64,000 nt of DNA from Chrysomallon squamiferum (taxonomy: Eukaryota; Animalia; Mollusca). The stretch covers positions 5,890,001-5,954,000 of the forward strand of contig CM022673.1 of NCBI GenBank assembly GCA_012295275.1. Direction: 5' to 3'. Both the position numbers and the translations under genes were made by a program. Of this stretch, positions 1 through 15,130 are shown in pieces. The notes beneath the pieces were generated by a model, which searched no databases, had not been told where the DNA came from, and was given only the letters and a program-made list of their open reading frames with translations. Positions within the stretch are counted from its first letter, which is position 1; every line of letters starts with the position of its first letter.

Positions 1-1689
1 GAAGTAGACATTAACAGGTGACACAATACCTTCACAAAAAAAAAAAAAAAAAAAAAGAAATTCTGTCCAATTTCTCGACAACATAATCACACATCGTTGT
101 CCGATGCATAAACTGATACAGTTTGTGTTAGTCAACTGTAACTTTTATTATGCTGAAATTTTGTTTTCTCCAGTCATGTTTTTAATTCAGACGATACTTT
201 TTAATGATCCCCTTTTTTTTAAGATCAAATCCAGTAGATCTGCCCTTTGGGTCAAACGCGGTTCATAATCACCTCACCAGAAGGTTCGAGTCTGTAGTCA
301 AATTACAGACGAACGTGCGCGACTGTTAGCGCGTGCCTCACACAATACGCGACTCACCGACTGAAGAGCTCCAACAACGGTGGCCGAAAGAAATTGCACA
401 GGTAGACGATCCGGTTTGATAATGTTGTGCAAATATTTTAAACAGCAGTCATTTTGTTTAGAAATGCTTTCAGAGAAGAGAGAGAGAGAGAGGGAGAGAG
501 AAAAAAGTAATCTGAAGTATAGTGCTTTGTAAGGTCTTATCCTTTGTTGTTTCATTGGACACGTCGTCTGAAAAGGTTTGTTCTAGCCCTTGGCTTCGAG
601 CAACGCGAGTCCACTTCTGAGAGTTCGACGTTCTTCAGTGACGTTCGCGTTTGTCCTGCAGTGCAGTCCAGACTCGCTCGAGTAGCGGGCGTATTAAACG
701 TGCATTAATTGCAGGTTCGTGACAGACCGGGTATTGAAATAACGAGTAACAGAAGAAACAGTTTCAAATGTTGTAACTTTGATTTTCTGACCTTTACTTC
801 CAACACATGTTAAAAGTGAATTAGCCTGACTGTTGCGAGATTGCGAGATCATTGTTTCATTTATCGGGAACTGAGATTAGAAAGTCAAGGCAGAGGATGT
901 TATTAGAAAGAGCCGATGACAGACGTACATACAGACAGATATCATACAGTCATGGGGTCGGATAATTATAAAATGGTCACCGGTCAAATGACCATTGTAT
1001 CATTTACTCTGTCAGTAATAACATTCATCATCAATCACTCGATCAGTCAGTCGGTCAACAGTTTATTCATTTATTCATTCACCCTTTCATTTATTCATTC
1101 AATCTTTCATTCATTCAGTCAGTCAGCCAGCCAAATTATTTATCCATTGTTTTTATTCATTCGTTCAGTAAATCAGATGTGTCATTCAGGCAGTCAGTAA
1201 CCTTTTAATTTAGTAAGTTAGTCATTCAGGTAATTTTTTATTCGAGAGGTAATTTCACTAACATCGGAGTATACTATTTGTCGTTTTGTTGACTGAACGG
1301 GTCAAATTTCTGAGTTTAATGTAGTTCATTCATGACTCGTTATATGCACGTGTACTTATATATATATATATATATTCTATAACTACCAAATCAGATTTTC
1401 TTTGTATAATGCAGTTTTTATAAATAATACAAAAACGCACATTATAAAAAAAGTATCAGTCACTAAGATTATAAAGTCCTCCTATCTGCTCACAAGAAAT
1501 CAACTTAGCAACACAGCTGAAACTTCTTTTCATGTAATATCCATTTATAATTTATAAAACTCTCTAAATGAAATATTTTTAAAATACATTCTTCAAAGCA
1601 AATTTACTCATATTTCTGCCCTAGTCTTCGCTGCATCTACTTAATGTAAAATCGCATTAGTTTGATTTCTTTATCTTTTTTTATAGTTA

Positions 1690-1808
1690 AATTCTAACAA
1701 TATTAATTTATGGGGTACTTTTTAGACGCCTAAATTATAACAATATTAATTTAAAATGGCATTTCTTTACCTCTGTAGAGCTAAAAGCTAACAATATTAA
1801 TTTATGTG
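1690..1808 (+). repeat. Degenerate minisatellite, 3 copies of about 42-52 bp
   Basis: TAACAATATTAATTTA recurs at about 1696, 1738 and 1790. Confidence 0.75.
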
Positions 1809-3269
1809 CTTGTACAAGCATCTTCCTGCGGTGAAGCAAACATCGTTTTGCTTACAGACTTGATAATTGGCTTCATTTGCTTTGTGAAAACCACCGTGTC
1901 TTATTTACGGCAGTTCGGTATATTTGCGAGGTCAAATATAATTGCGATTGTTCTAAGATTTTGATGGGAATATGGTGAATGGAGGAAGAGGTCGAAAGTG
2001 GGTGACACCTGAAAGAAAACAACGAATTTGACGGAAATGCATAGGTTTGGGTTTTGGGGTTTTTTTCTAAAGGACACGGACAAGGTAAATATGTTTGAAA
2101 GAAGATGATTTCTTTTATATGATAATAACCCGGCTTCTGGTTTAAGACTTTTGTCTCAGAATCGCTATCAGACTGAAAAGTTGAATACTACTGTATGAAA
2201 AAAAAAAAAAAATACATTTGATGGTAATGGTGTTCTTAGATTGTTTGAGGTTTTGGGGATAGCTTCTTATTGTTGTCTTCAGTGTCTATTATATAGGATT
2301 AGTTTCAATTTACGTTTTAATTTAAATACATCTCTCTATCTTTTATATGAAAGACCTTCTCACTGTATTTTATTATTTGTCAATTTTTCTAATGTCTTAT
2401 ATTCTTTTTAGTTCCTTCTGTTTCTTTGTATTTCTCTTAGTTGTTTTTATTTAGTTATTTATTTTTACCTAACTCTCATTATATATATCTGTTCTCTCTG
2501 TCTACTAACCACTTACTTACAAATCTTTTTGTCTATCTATCTATCTATCTATCTACTTATTTAATTCTTCGGTCTGTCTGACGGTCATTTATTTATTCTC
2601 TGGCTATTTTGAAATCAATCAATTTATCTATTTCTATACATTTCTAATTTTATTCGTATAAAATCAAACAATCAATGAATTTATCAATATCATTCTCTTT
2701 ATCTATTGCTGTATCTATCTATCTCATTCTTTCTCTTTTATTCTCTTTTATTTATTTCTCTCATTCTGTCTTTAAATTTGTCTCGTTTACTCTCTCTTTT
2801 CTCTTACACATACACACTGTCTATCCTTCGTCATTTTGTCTTTGTCTCAAACACACACATACGGACACCGCTCTCTCTTCTTCTGAGTAAATTTCTCTGT
2901 ATTGGACATACTAAAAGATTCAACAATACGTGTTTAACCTATGTGTTGGTGCAGAATTAACTTACAGACAAACAGACGCACGGTTTCTTTGTGTCCTTAC
3001 CGTCCTAACACACCTGTTTGTGTCTGTATGTAATACAATCAATACAGCTTGTTTGGATTTCATGTTCCGACTCATAGATTCATCAATTCGTCAAATATTT
3101 ACACACGTTCTTCTGAAAGTACCAAACGAATCGGCACAGTTGTCCGTCTTTCAGCCTCTCCTTTTTCTTTCTTTCTTTCTTTTTGTTCTACACATGTATT
3201 AACAGACGTATGTATCCTTGACGTTGGGATATGGACATATTCTGAAAAGATTTTAAACGAATGAAATTG

Positions 3270-3271
<2 letters not shown>

Positions 3272-3336
<65 letters not shown>

Positions 3337-3340
3337 GTTA

Positions 3341-3422
<82 letters not shown>

Positions 3423-3505
3423 TGTTGCTGCTGTTGCTGCTGCTGTTGTTGTTGTTGTTTTTGTTATTGTTGTTGTGAGTGTTACTACTACTACAGCTAC
3501 TACTG
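3272..3505. repeat. Compound trinucleotide microsatellite (TAT)n/(TGY)n/(TAC)n
   Basis: Seen directly; source of the poly-I and poly-Y ORFs. Confidence 0.95.
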
Positions 3506-3813
3506 TTAACATTTCTATAACTGCTATTATTTATATATTTATTTTATTGTTTGTTTATGTTTTAATCCGAGTACGGAAGGTTTACAGGTCTCCCATTAAA
3601 TTATACCGTAATTCTCCCGATGATCTAAAGAGGCATAATATATAAATATGTCCCTAACCTCTGCGTCAATCCAGTTTCTAATGTAACTGATTTATTAATA
3701 AATATCATTCTGTATTCATGATGTATAAAATTAATTTATTTGTTTATTTAACGAAAATTGTTGACTTAAATAATCTTTGTAACAGAAACGATAATATGCG
3801 CCTAAATATCAAT

Positions 3814-3816
<3 letters not shown>

Positions 3817-3901
<85 letters not shown>

Positions 3902-3922
3902 CCTCCCTCCCTCCCTCTCTCT
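3817..3922. repeat. (CT)n microsatellite, representative of about 15 long GA/CT tracts
   Basis: Other tracts start at about 6289, 8006, 9199, 9934, 10929, 21130, 30071, 34383, 36061, 39985, 55767, 59312 and 60840. Confidence 0.95.
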
Positions 3923-4019
3923 CGCGACTTTCAACCCACCAACTAAACGTTCTACTCTTACTAGGACTATCAGTGAACAGAAATGAAATGAAGTCATAGT
4001 TACGAAACTGGCGAGCCCA

Positions 4020-4240
4020 TTGACGCTAGACGTCTTTGAGAAGTGACGTGTTCTGTAAACACCGACACATGGCTCTGTCTCACGGTTTGCTCCCCTTTTT
4101 CACGTCAATCGATATCCTGTGCCACTAGACGCCGCCATCTTGTTATTGGTCCGATTTTTCACGTCTCGTCAAGTCATAACTCTCATTGTGGCCCGATTAT
4201 TTCGCATTCATTGGCCACGTGCATGATGAGAGCATGAATT
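4020..4240. promoter_or_regulatory. CpG-rich promoter/enhancer-like island with YY1, CRE-like, CCAAT and E-box motifs
   Basis: GCCGCCATCTT (YY1, 4131-4141), TGACGTG (4045), CACGTCA (4101), ATTGG twice, CACGTG (4216). Confidence 0.45.
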
Positions 4241-5696
4241 TAAGATGGAGCATTTTGTCCGTCTTTTCAGCGGTTTTTTTTTTTTTTTTTTTTTTCTATT
4301 ATTTGTTTCTTGGTCTTGTGCCCATTTTTTTGTTCTTCTATTATTTTTTCGTTCATCTTCCATTTTTTTTTTTCATTCTTCATTATTTCAACTTTTATTT
4401 CTGTCTGTTTTCTCTTCATTTTTTGTTCTTGTTTTTCCGTCTTTTTATTTTTTTTTTTCATTTTTCTGTCATTTTGAACCTTCGTTTTTTTTTTTATTAC
4501 ATTATTATTATTTTATTATTTTATTATGATTTTCTTATTTTTACTTTTTTTATCTTTTTGATTTTTCTTTTCATTCTGAACCTTCATTTTTTTAGTTTTC
4601 TATATTTTTACATTTTCTTTAATTGATGGAGATATAATTATTATTATTATTATTATTTTATTATTTAGTTCTTTATTTTATTTTTTTTTTTATTTTTTAG
4701 TTCTTTTTGATTTTTATTATTTTCTTTATTATATATTTTTTTAATTTTTTAATTTTTATTATTTTTATTATTATTATTTTTTGTTCTTGTTGTTTCGAAA
4801 TAATACAAGAAAAAAAAACCGATACTTTCTCGATTATTGTTAATAGCTAATGAACAATTTACAAAATTCGTAAAAATGGCTAAATTTTACAACAAATTGT
4901 GTCGATTATTTTTATTTTTTTACCTCCAATAGTTATTTAAAATAGTTAAAAAGGCGCATTGTATTTAAATTACTTTTAACAGTCAAATGCATGCCTAGTT
5001 TTTGACTGATTCGTTACTTTATTATTTTTTTTTTTTTTTTTTCTGTTTTTTTTTTTTTTTTTTAGATCGTTGAATAGCTATTGGAGAGATCTTATCAGTT
5101 TTTCTGTTAATAGAACAATTTCACTCGCACGTGCGAAAAATAATACCAAATGATTTTAAGTATAGCAAATTAAAAAAAAAAAAAAAGAGTTAAAATCATG
5201 ACCATTTTATTTTTTAAAATAACAAATTAAGAAATTAAAATTTTTTAAAAATTGAAAATCCCCCATTACAAAGTACGATCAAGCCTTTTCCTATGGTTAA
5301 AATGCTGATACGGTTTTCTGTACAATTTGTCAAATAATAAAAAAAGCGTTCTTGGTTATTAAATACGGATAATAGTGAAAATATAAAAGGTATTCAGTCC
5401 CCCTGAATTGTTAAAAAAAGATGATTATCTCCCCATGCCTCTCGTTTCGACGCTTGAACGGTAGAAGATATATGTAAAATCAGACAGTTAGGTCGATGCG
5501 GTATTTGAATTTACTGAGACGAGACTTTCGCTCGTTTTGCTCCATGTACAATTATTTCAGTTTTGAAAATGAAGAATAATTAATAAAATTAAAAATTATT
5601 TTAAAAAAAAAAAAAAAAGAAGAAATATGAAAAGAAAAATAAACATTTATGACATAAAAATTTACAGGGATGCATAATACATATTTGACGAATTTA

Positions 5697-5751
<55 letters not shown>

Positions 5752-6284
5752 GCGATAAAAGAACTCTGATATCCTCTCCTTTTTTTTTTTTTTTTTTTTT
5801 TTTTTATAACAGTAATAACAACTATATATATATATTAATAAAACATTGATATTTATTATAATTTCAAATTAATAAAACTAATGTACTTTAGGACATACAT
5901 GTACACATGCTGATATATTCTGACAAAGTCACAAGACATTAAAAAATAGGAACTCGTGAAAACCTACACATGATAGCACAAACCCACAGATGCGTACATA
6001 CACAAACACGCACACACACACAAACACGCACAAACACGCATACACACACAAACACGCACAAACACGCATACACACACAAACACGCACACACACGCATACA
6101 CATACAAACAAGCAGACCCATTCATAAACAAAGTATTCACTATCTTTTTATCAATACAATATTTCTTTAATTGTCTGAGTTACCGCAAACGAAATTATTT
6201 CTAAACCAAGGAAAATGTATAACTGGAGAAAGTAAACAAAACGTTTGTTTTTTCCCCAAGATTTACCATTAAATTCATGAACAT

Positions 6285-6376
<92 letters not shown>

Positions 6377-6860
6377 GATTTAAAGTCAAGAAATATCTTA
6401 ATTAAAAACAGTTAAAACATTTCTTAGAAAAACCACATCTAATCTAACCACAAATAAATAATCCCTAATCCGAGAACAACAGCAGCAATAATAATAATAA
6501 TTAGTAACCATAATAACAATACTAATTCTAATACTAATACTAATAATCACCATAGTAACAACAACAACAACAACAACAACAACAATAATAATAATAGTAA
6601 CCATTGAAACAACAACAACAACAACAACAACAATAATAATCCTCTAACTGGTAATGTGAAAATTCACACAATCAAATACTTGCCAGCTATGATGGATCAC
6701 ACTAACATTTAGTATTTTCCAAGTTTCCACACCTTCCATCTTAATCCGATTTCATTTTAATTTTTTAAATATATACATTTTCTGCCTGAACGAATTTCTA
6801 AGATATATCATGTTAAGAATGACACTCGAAAATCTCAGATTACGTACAACATACTAGCAG

Positions 6861-6896
<36 letters not shown>

Positions 6897-8001
6897 AACA
6901 AAATATCTTTCACCTGGTCGATGATCCATCATAATGGTTTCATAACCTGATCGTAAACCGCTAAACAGAAGGACATATCATAATGCCATTATTGTGCTAG
7001 ACTCCCGAGTTCCCTGGGGGCATTCAGCCAATTGTGAGTATATATATCTGAAAATCTCGGTCGTGAAATATTTCATTGAGTAATGGCAACAAACGCAACA
7101 CTTGATTTTCAAAGCGGTCTTGGGGGTTACGACAAAAATCAATTGGTCTAAAACAAACATCAAAAAAAAAAAAAAAAAAAAAAAAAAACGACAAAAGAAA
7201 AAAAAGAAATTATATTTTAAAAAATAAAAACCATCTTAACACCCCGTGGGGCAATGGAACAACAAAAAATAATAATAAAAAAAAAGAGCCAGGATACTTG
7301 GGCCAGGCTTTTTATACGGAACCGGACTTGTAAAGGAAAGCTCTTTTCAGTCGACGCGATCGGGCGTGGTTAAAAAAAAAAAAAAAAAAATCATTCCGGA
7401 TACATTGTTCAGTTTTTTTTTTTTAGATTTTTTTTTAATTTTTATTTCGTTTCATTTCACACCTCTTATGTTCTTCAAGAAGTCCATGTTTGAAATATCA
7501 AGTGCATCATTTTTTTCCTCGACGTCTTGAAAAAACTGATTTCCGTCGCTTCGGACGCGTGAAAAGAAATAATCTGCCGCGCCGTGACAGTCGTTTTGTT
7601 AGGTCAACGTGCACGTGTCGTCGCGAATGAAAGCCACGTCGGCGACGATGCTTGGTACGTAATCGTCTCAAGAGATGCCGTCGTTGTCGGTTAAACAATT
7701 GTTCACTTTCCAGTAATTGCTGATGACGCGAACTGTCGTTCGTCATTTGATGTAGTTTTTTTGTTGCAGAGGAAAAACGGCGAGAAGAGATGGTGTTGTA
7801 ATGAACAGCGGTTAGAGTGATACGAGTAATTAGGTGAGAAAAGTTGCAATAAAAAGTGATCCCAACCATTCACACACAATTAATTAAAAAAAATAATAAT
7901 AATAAAAGATGGTAATCATTTTTCTTCTTCTTTCTCTTTATTTTTCTGTATACCCTCGAGATGCGTGTATCGGTCGGCTGGTCTTTCTTTCTTTCTTTTC
8001 A

Positions 8002-8086
<85 letters not shown>

Positions 8087-8110
8087 CCTCCTCCCTCCCT
8101 CCCTCCCTCC

Positions 8111-8142
<32 letters not shown>

Positions 8143-8747
8143 CTATCTATATACATACATACATACATATATACGTTCATCTTTATCTACCTGTAATAAT
8201 AGCAGTAGTATTAATAATAATTAAAAGTAGTAGTAATAATACTAACTGCAAAATTGTAGTACTAGTAGTCATAGGGACAGTTGAACTTATTACAGAAATA
8301 GTAGTTGTTGCAGTAGCATTCAAAAAATAAAATTGTACAAACATGTGAGCATTGTGAATTGCATAATTCTGCCACTGTATGCATCCGCTGGGTCTTGCTC
8401 TTTTCCAGTCCGTAATATGTCCAGAATAAATCTTCGTAAGTCTACTCACACGTAACGTTTACCGTACGTTCATTGCAAATTACGAATGTTTGGTCTCGCA
8501 TTCGTCCTTTCCAGAACATCTGTCTTGAATATCGAGGCCAGCAGGTTAAAAATGGACTAATTAGCAGAGTTGCGCACCCTTAATTACATGTATTATTACA
8601 CCCTAACCTTCTTTCTCTCTGCATCCTGTTTAACGAGACTATGTATATTCCCTTTTTTTTTAGCAGGACCGCAGAAAATCTATTCAGGCACGGGCAAAAA
8701 CAACCAAAAAAAACAAATAATAAATTCTGAAACACCATTATAAATTT

Positions 8748-8782
<35 letters not shown>

Positions 8783-9198
8783 CATATTTAAAAAACTCCA
8801 TTATGGCTATTTTTTAAAGTATAAAGTTCGCAGATATTTTAATTAGGTTCACGCTGGGACTCGCCCTGTGTTCAGTGATTTAACAGTTGCGACTGTATGT
8901 GAAGGTCTCACTGCATTAGGGAAAGTCAATAAATACATATTGAAATTTAAACCTCGTTGTTAAAAGAAAAACGTCGCTGCATTGTTTACATTCTTCATGC
9001 TGAAGAGTCTATGTAGCACGAGGTTTAATGCACCCGGGCTAATAGACGATATAAGAAGCTTGAGAGAGGCTTTGTGAATATAGTTTGGACTCGGAGATTT
9101 AGAGGTTTTTTGTTTCCAGGTTTCATCTAGACATTAATATTAACTGAAGTATAAATTTAATAACCCACCTAAAATTTAAAGCAAATATGTGGGGTTAT

Positions 9199-9290
<92 letters not shown>

Positions 9291-9293
<3 letters not shown>

Positions 9294-9375
9294 TAGTTTG
9301 TGTGCTGGTAAACTCTAAATCAGCATATAATACATTTTTATATAATCACTCCATCCCTAATATACATATTTACGA
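9291..9375 (+). repeat. Dispersed repeat attached to a (GA)n tract; second copy at 30178-30253
   Basis: Both copies follow a long (GA)n and share TGGTAAA...TATATAATCACTCCATCCCTAA.ATACA. Confidence 0.7.
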
Positions 9376-9927
9376 TATTTCCATGAACGGTAAACAGACT
9401 AACTGTATTATTTTTATACTGCTACTTACAAATGCTAGTCGTTTCAGATATTCAGCGTATATTTCTAACGGTGAAAACCGGAAAAAAAATTTAAAAAAAA
9501 AAAAAAAATAAATAAATTAAAAATAAAGATCAAAAGAAATAACGAAATAGAGAGATCAGCTGACAGATTGAAACTGAACAAGAGTCAGACAGACGCACGG
9601 CCAGACATAAACAGAAAAAAAAAGGAGAAAAATTAGAAAGTTCAAGGTAAAGAAGATAATTAAAAAGTAAATATTTTATAAATGTTTGCCGATTTATAAA
9701 AGAAATCTAAAGCTTACAAAAAAATCTCCGAATTAAATTCAGTTTATTTTCTGTTTCTTTCAGTGTTTGCCTAAACTAGTCCCCTGCTGTGGACACAGTT
9801 TAAACATAATATGCAGGTGCATAACGTGATAACACGTGATAATTACATGCACATTACAAATAATGTTAAAATTAATGAAAAGTAATATGAGTAAACAGCG
9901 AAACTGTACTAGGCTACCTTTTTTTCA

Positions 9928-9998
<71 letters not shown>

Positions 9999-10923
9999 AC
10001 ATTTTAATAAATTCATAATTTTTAAATTTTACTGAAAAAATAAATATCTTATTATTTTTTTATATATATATTTTAATCACTTTATATATATATATATATA
10101 TACACAGACACACAGGACATACAAACAAAAATATATTCACACACAAATTACATACATACATACACATATACACACACACATATATACACACATATATGTA
10201 AAATTCCTTTCTCAAAAATTTCTTCAAAGGAAAGCCTGGTACTTTATGACCTTTTCTCTTTTCTCTTTCTTCCTTTCTGTTCGAGGAGGGCCACTCTTTT
10301 ATTCATCTCGGAACTTATCAAACGAGGAAAAATGTTGACAGTCTCCCCCTGTTTTCATTATGGCCACCGTCACTAAACATACAGCGGTTTCTCAAAATCA
10401 ATATGGCGCAGAAAGGAGAGCAATGTTCATTTTCATGGTTATCGCCCCTAGCTTTCCGTCCGGCTCAGACCGTAGTGCGTAGGCGATGTTATCCCACCGG
10501 AGCTGAGTTTTGTAAGTGAACAATCTATTAATTTGTTTGCCTTTCGACAAACTGTTTGTTTTACTCGCTTTCTGCAAACACCGAACCGATGTCGCTAACT
10601 CTGCCTTGATGACAAAGAAAGTGTGACAATAATTGGCCCCACGTGCAGAGGTCACCTGCCATGCGTACTAAGTACAGCCACGGGTTTTGGAGTCACGGTT
10701 TCGATGGGGCTGTATGAATTATTGGTGTTATGCTAGCGCTTCTCTTTTATATAGAACAAGATTTTTATTTTTATTTATTTGTTTGTTTGTTTAGTTGTTT
10801 GTTGCTATTGTTGTTTTCCCTCTTTCCTGTCCTCAGTCTTTTTTTTATTTTTTTTATTATTATTTTTTTTATTTCTTTTTTTAATTATTTTCTTTTTGTG
10901 GTTATTTTCTTTTATTATTTATT

Positions 10924-10988
<65 letters not shown>

Positions 10989-12006
10989 TTTTATGAATGT
11001 ATTGATAAAAAGATGAATGTACTCTTGAATTAATTATTTTTTTGAATGATGCACATTATTGATGTTTATTTATTTTGGACAAACTATTTCAAGAAGTGAA
11101 ATTTTCATAAAACACGCTAAATAAATGTTTTTACTTCATATTAGTTTCATTCAACTTTTTCCAAACAATCCACAATTTTAATTATCTTCTTTTGATTTAT
11201 CTTGAACGCTTGTTGTTTACGAATATCGATGGGGTTACTGATATGGTTTAAAAAATAATATCTGTATAAATGTTCTTTAACAGCTGTTAAATTTTTTTTT
11301 AATATATATTTTTAAAAATCTGTTTGTTTATAAAAGAGTAATTAGTATTATTTTTGACGTTTAACGCTTTAGTTACAATCGTCTCATAAAAGACTTTTCT
11401 TTGGAAAGACATCATCGAATGAAAAAAAAAAAAAAATATTATTCTTAAATGTCGATTCAAATTATTAACAATTACAATTGTTAGCAAACTGAAAAGTATC
11501 AGTTACAGTGATCAAATCAGTTATTTTTCTACAAACGTTTTATTGTTCGAATTTTTTTGTTTCTCTTTTTTGCATTCCAATTTGCGAACTCAAGTACTCG
11601 ACTCAGATCACTCGAAATCGTGTTCGTATTGACAACAGAGAAACAAGGGCTAACCTGCCGTGGCCCTGACGGCCAGAGGTCCCCTGCCTGGACCCTGGGT
11701 GGGGTCTGGGTCCCTGCACGGGACACCTGCTATGTTAGACTGCCGACTGAAAGTTTGGCTAAAAGTATGTGCGATATTTCTATTTCAAGCGATAGACTGG
11801 AGTTCTCGGAATGATTTCGCAAGTTTTCGTTGGTATTCGGAATAGGAAAAAAAAAAAATAAATAAATAAAATAAAATTATTTTGTATATTTCATCACCAG
11901 ACATATATTAAAGTACAGATGTCAAATAGGAAAGTTCATATGTTGTTATGACAACAAAATAAAATTAAAAATTAATTTTTGTTTGAATTTTAAAAACATT
12001 TTAAGG

Positions 12007-12056
<50 letters not shown>

Positions 12057-13320
12057 GTGATGAAGATGATGTGACGATGGTGATGATAATAATAATATTT
12101 TAATACTGATGTAGTCTATGTTCGTGCATATTTGTCTATATATCTAGCTAACAGAATTACCTCCCAGACAGTAAATTAATTTTTATCACGTGACTCTCAG
12201 TTTGTACGTTACAATGTCGCAGTTTCTTTCACGACTAAAAATTTTAACTTAAAGTACTTGCAGTAACAATGTCAGAATCTTCACATTTGCATCTTCTGTA
12301 TCTAAAAGACAACAGAGGGAACAAATATTCATTCTTCTGACAAGTGTTTACTTCTCTTTTTTGTTTAATCCAAGGTTTCTATCATTTACTCTTCTTTTTC
12401 TTCTCTAATAATGTCTTTTTTGTTTTCTTAACTTTTTCCACTCTCGCCGGAATGAAAAAAAGTGTATGTACATATCATTAGTTTTCGTGTGCTACCTGCT
12501 ACCCGTTTAGACAAAAACCTCCTCGTTCAGAAATCGTTCTTTATTTTAACTCGTTTTATTATGAGCTGGCATGTACAGTGGTGGGACAGTCATTAGGAGT
12601 TTATTATTTCTTCTGATTGTTCAAAAACAAGTGTAAATCGCATTCTGCGGGTTCGTCAAGGCAAAAGAAAACAATGTCTGCTTTTCGTTTTGTGAAGAGT
12701 GTTAAAATAACAGACGCAGAAAAGAAAAGCAACATTCTTCGTTATAGAAAGCAACATTTTATTTTTCTTCATCTTCTTCTGTACTTTTTTTTTTTTTTTT
12801 TCTTTAAAAAAAAAAAAACGTCTGGACAATGCAACAGAAAGTCTAAGGTCCTTAAAAAGGCCACCAAAGGTCATGTATGGGTCTTCGGCTTGAAAGTTGT
12901 TAATCTGAAACGAGCGGGGAGGGACGCGAAAGCTCTTGGGTCGGAACAGAACATCACTGGGAAGAGTGTGGAAGTTTTAATTTAGCTTTTGAACGGTCGT
13001 TCTTCACAGACAACAAAAGTAAGATGACCACACGTGGTGTCCTGGATTTGCTGTAGATGTTCATAAAGCGTTTGTCTAGAAAAACGAAAAAAAAAACAAA
13101 GACAGAAAGAGTATTCGTTTTAATTATATGTATAGCAAAGGATTTCATTTACTTGTGCCTTTATTTGGGAAACAAAATGTAATAAATTATCATTAATTCA
13201 ATTTAATTAATTTCATTTTGTTTTATTTTTGAAATTTTTGAATAATTATTTGCATTATTTAGACAAAATATGTCAAATTCATTATCAAAAAATGTAAGCA
13301 TAATAATACCACTTCTGCTG

Positions 13321-13362
<42 letters not shown>

Positions 13363-14599
13363 GTAGTAGTAGTAGTAGTGTTACTGTTACGATTACTATA
13401 ACTTACCACTACTACTACAACTTCAACTACTGTTTATTATTATTATTATTATTACTGCGGTTCCTGTGATTACAGTCATTACAGTTACTTTAGGAAAAAA
13501 AGACTATATTCACACAATAATTTTAAAAGTACATTATAATTTGTGTTACAGAAAAGAATCTTTAGTTTTGAAAAACCACAAAAACGCAACAATCAAATGC
13601 AAAACAATAAAATTCTAAATTATATATGACTATCACACATGAAGTTAACCAAAAAAAAAAAAAAAAAAAAATACAAATGCACGAAAATCATTTAAAAATT
13701 ATTTATTATGTGAAATCATCGACGCATTCCAACCCGTCTCAAAGAACGCGAAAAAGAGACACGGGAATAAACAATAAAACAAAGAACGAAGGAAGACCGA
13801 GAATTATAATAAAAATGACCCGTTTATAAGAAACGCATTGAAATTGAAACAGTTACTTCTGAATCAAGAAAAATAATTTATTATTTAAAAAGTTCCAGTG
13901 CCATTAGTATCGTTAATTATTATTAATTCGCTACGGTCTAAAGAACATAACGTTTTCGAGCTAAAACCGATGAATACAAAAAAAAAAAAAAAAAAAAAAA
14001 AACACAGACTACTTCTGCGCACGCGTAACAAAATACCACACCGTCACCAAGTGATTGGAAAAAAAAAAAAAAAAAAAAAAATGATATGTTCAAAGCCATA
14101 ATGAATAAACATTTTATTTAAAATCTTTCATTTTCACTGAAGTGGATTTAAGAGAGTAGGGATTAAAACGGATTATCTTTTTGAACAGATTTCAGTTTGT
14201 TCGACGACCAATTTGATATCCCATAATTCTTAGCCGTATTTGTTAAGAGCGAATTCGAGCGATAAGAGAATCTGTCTGTTTTTCTTTCCGTGTGTACTTT
14301 CCTAAGCCACGTAATACTGCAGACTAAATGATTCAGGGCATTTAGACGTCAGGACTGTAGAAAATAATGTTTGTCGAGGATTAGCACAAAAAGGGGAGGC
14401 AGTTTAAACACTCCAAACATTATCCACTTCATCAACATGACTTGCTGAAGGAATATGACTGTTTGTCCTTTTAATATGGTCGTATTACCTGTCGTTTTAT
14501 TACTCAAAACAGGAACAGTTAAATGATAGCGACTGATACAGTACCGATAGTAACTGGTGTAGTATTTGTATTAATAGTATTTATTTTTATTTTTTATCT

Positions 14600-15130
14600 T
14601 AATCGATGTATTAACAGTAGTAGTAGCAGTAGCAGCAGTAGTAGTAGTAACAGTTAAAGATTATTAATAATAGTAATAGATTAATAATAGGTGTAGTAGT
14701 AACAGTAGTACTAATAATAGTAGCACTCATAATAATAATAATAATAATAATAATAGTTTTAGAGTAGAAATATTAGTTATAAAAGTAATAACTGTAACAG
14801 TAATATTACTAATAGTAGTAGCAGTAGTTATAATAGTAATTGTAAAAGTAATAGTAATAGCAGTTTCAGTAATAGTAATAGCTGTGAGTAGTAATAGTAG
14901 TAGTAATTATAGTAGAAGTAGTAGCAGTAGTAGTAGCAACAGCAGCAGCAATCGTAGTAGTAACAGCAGTAGTTGTAGTATTAGAATACTAATTTACAGC
15001 AAAAGCAATAGCAGTAGTAGTAATAGTAATAGTAGTGATTGTATATTGTATTAATAAAGATACGATGATGATGATGATGATGATGATGATGTCGGTGATG
15101 ATGTCTTTGATGATTAGAATAATAATGAGA
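14600..15130. repeat. Degenerate (AGT/AAT/AGC/GAT)n low-complexity tract
   Basis: Seen directly; similar tracts at 27860-28185, 33340-33460 and 54490-54780. Confidence 0.85.

Noticed and set aside
4210-4221. ERSE-II (ATTGG-N-CCACG)
   Set aside because: Spacer is 0 nt here and 2 nt at 10633; neither matches.
7507-7869. 120-aa Arg-rich ORF
   Set aside because: Arg richness follows from CpG density; no splice or domain support.
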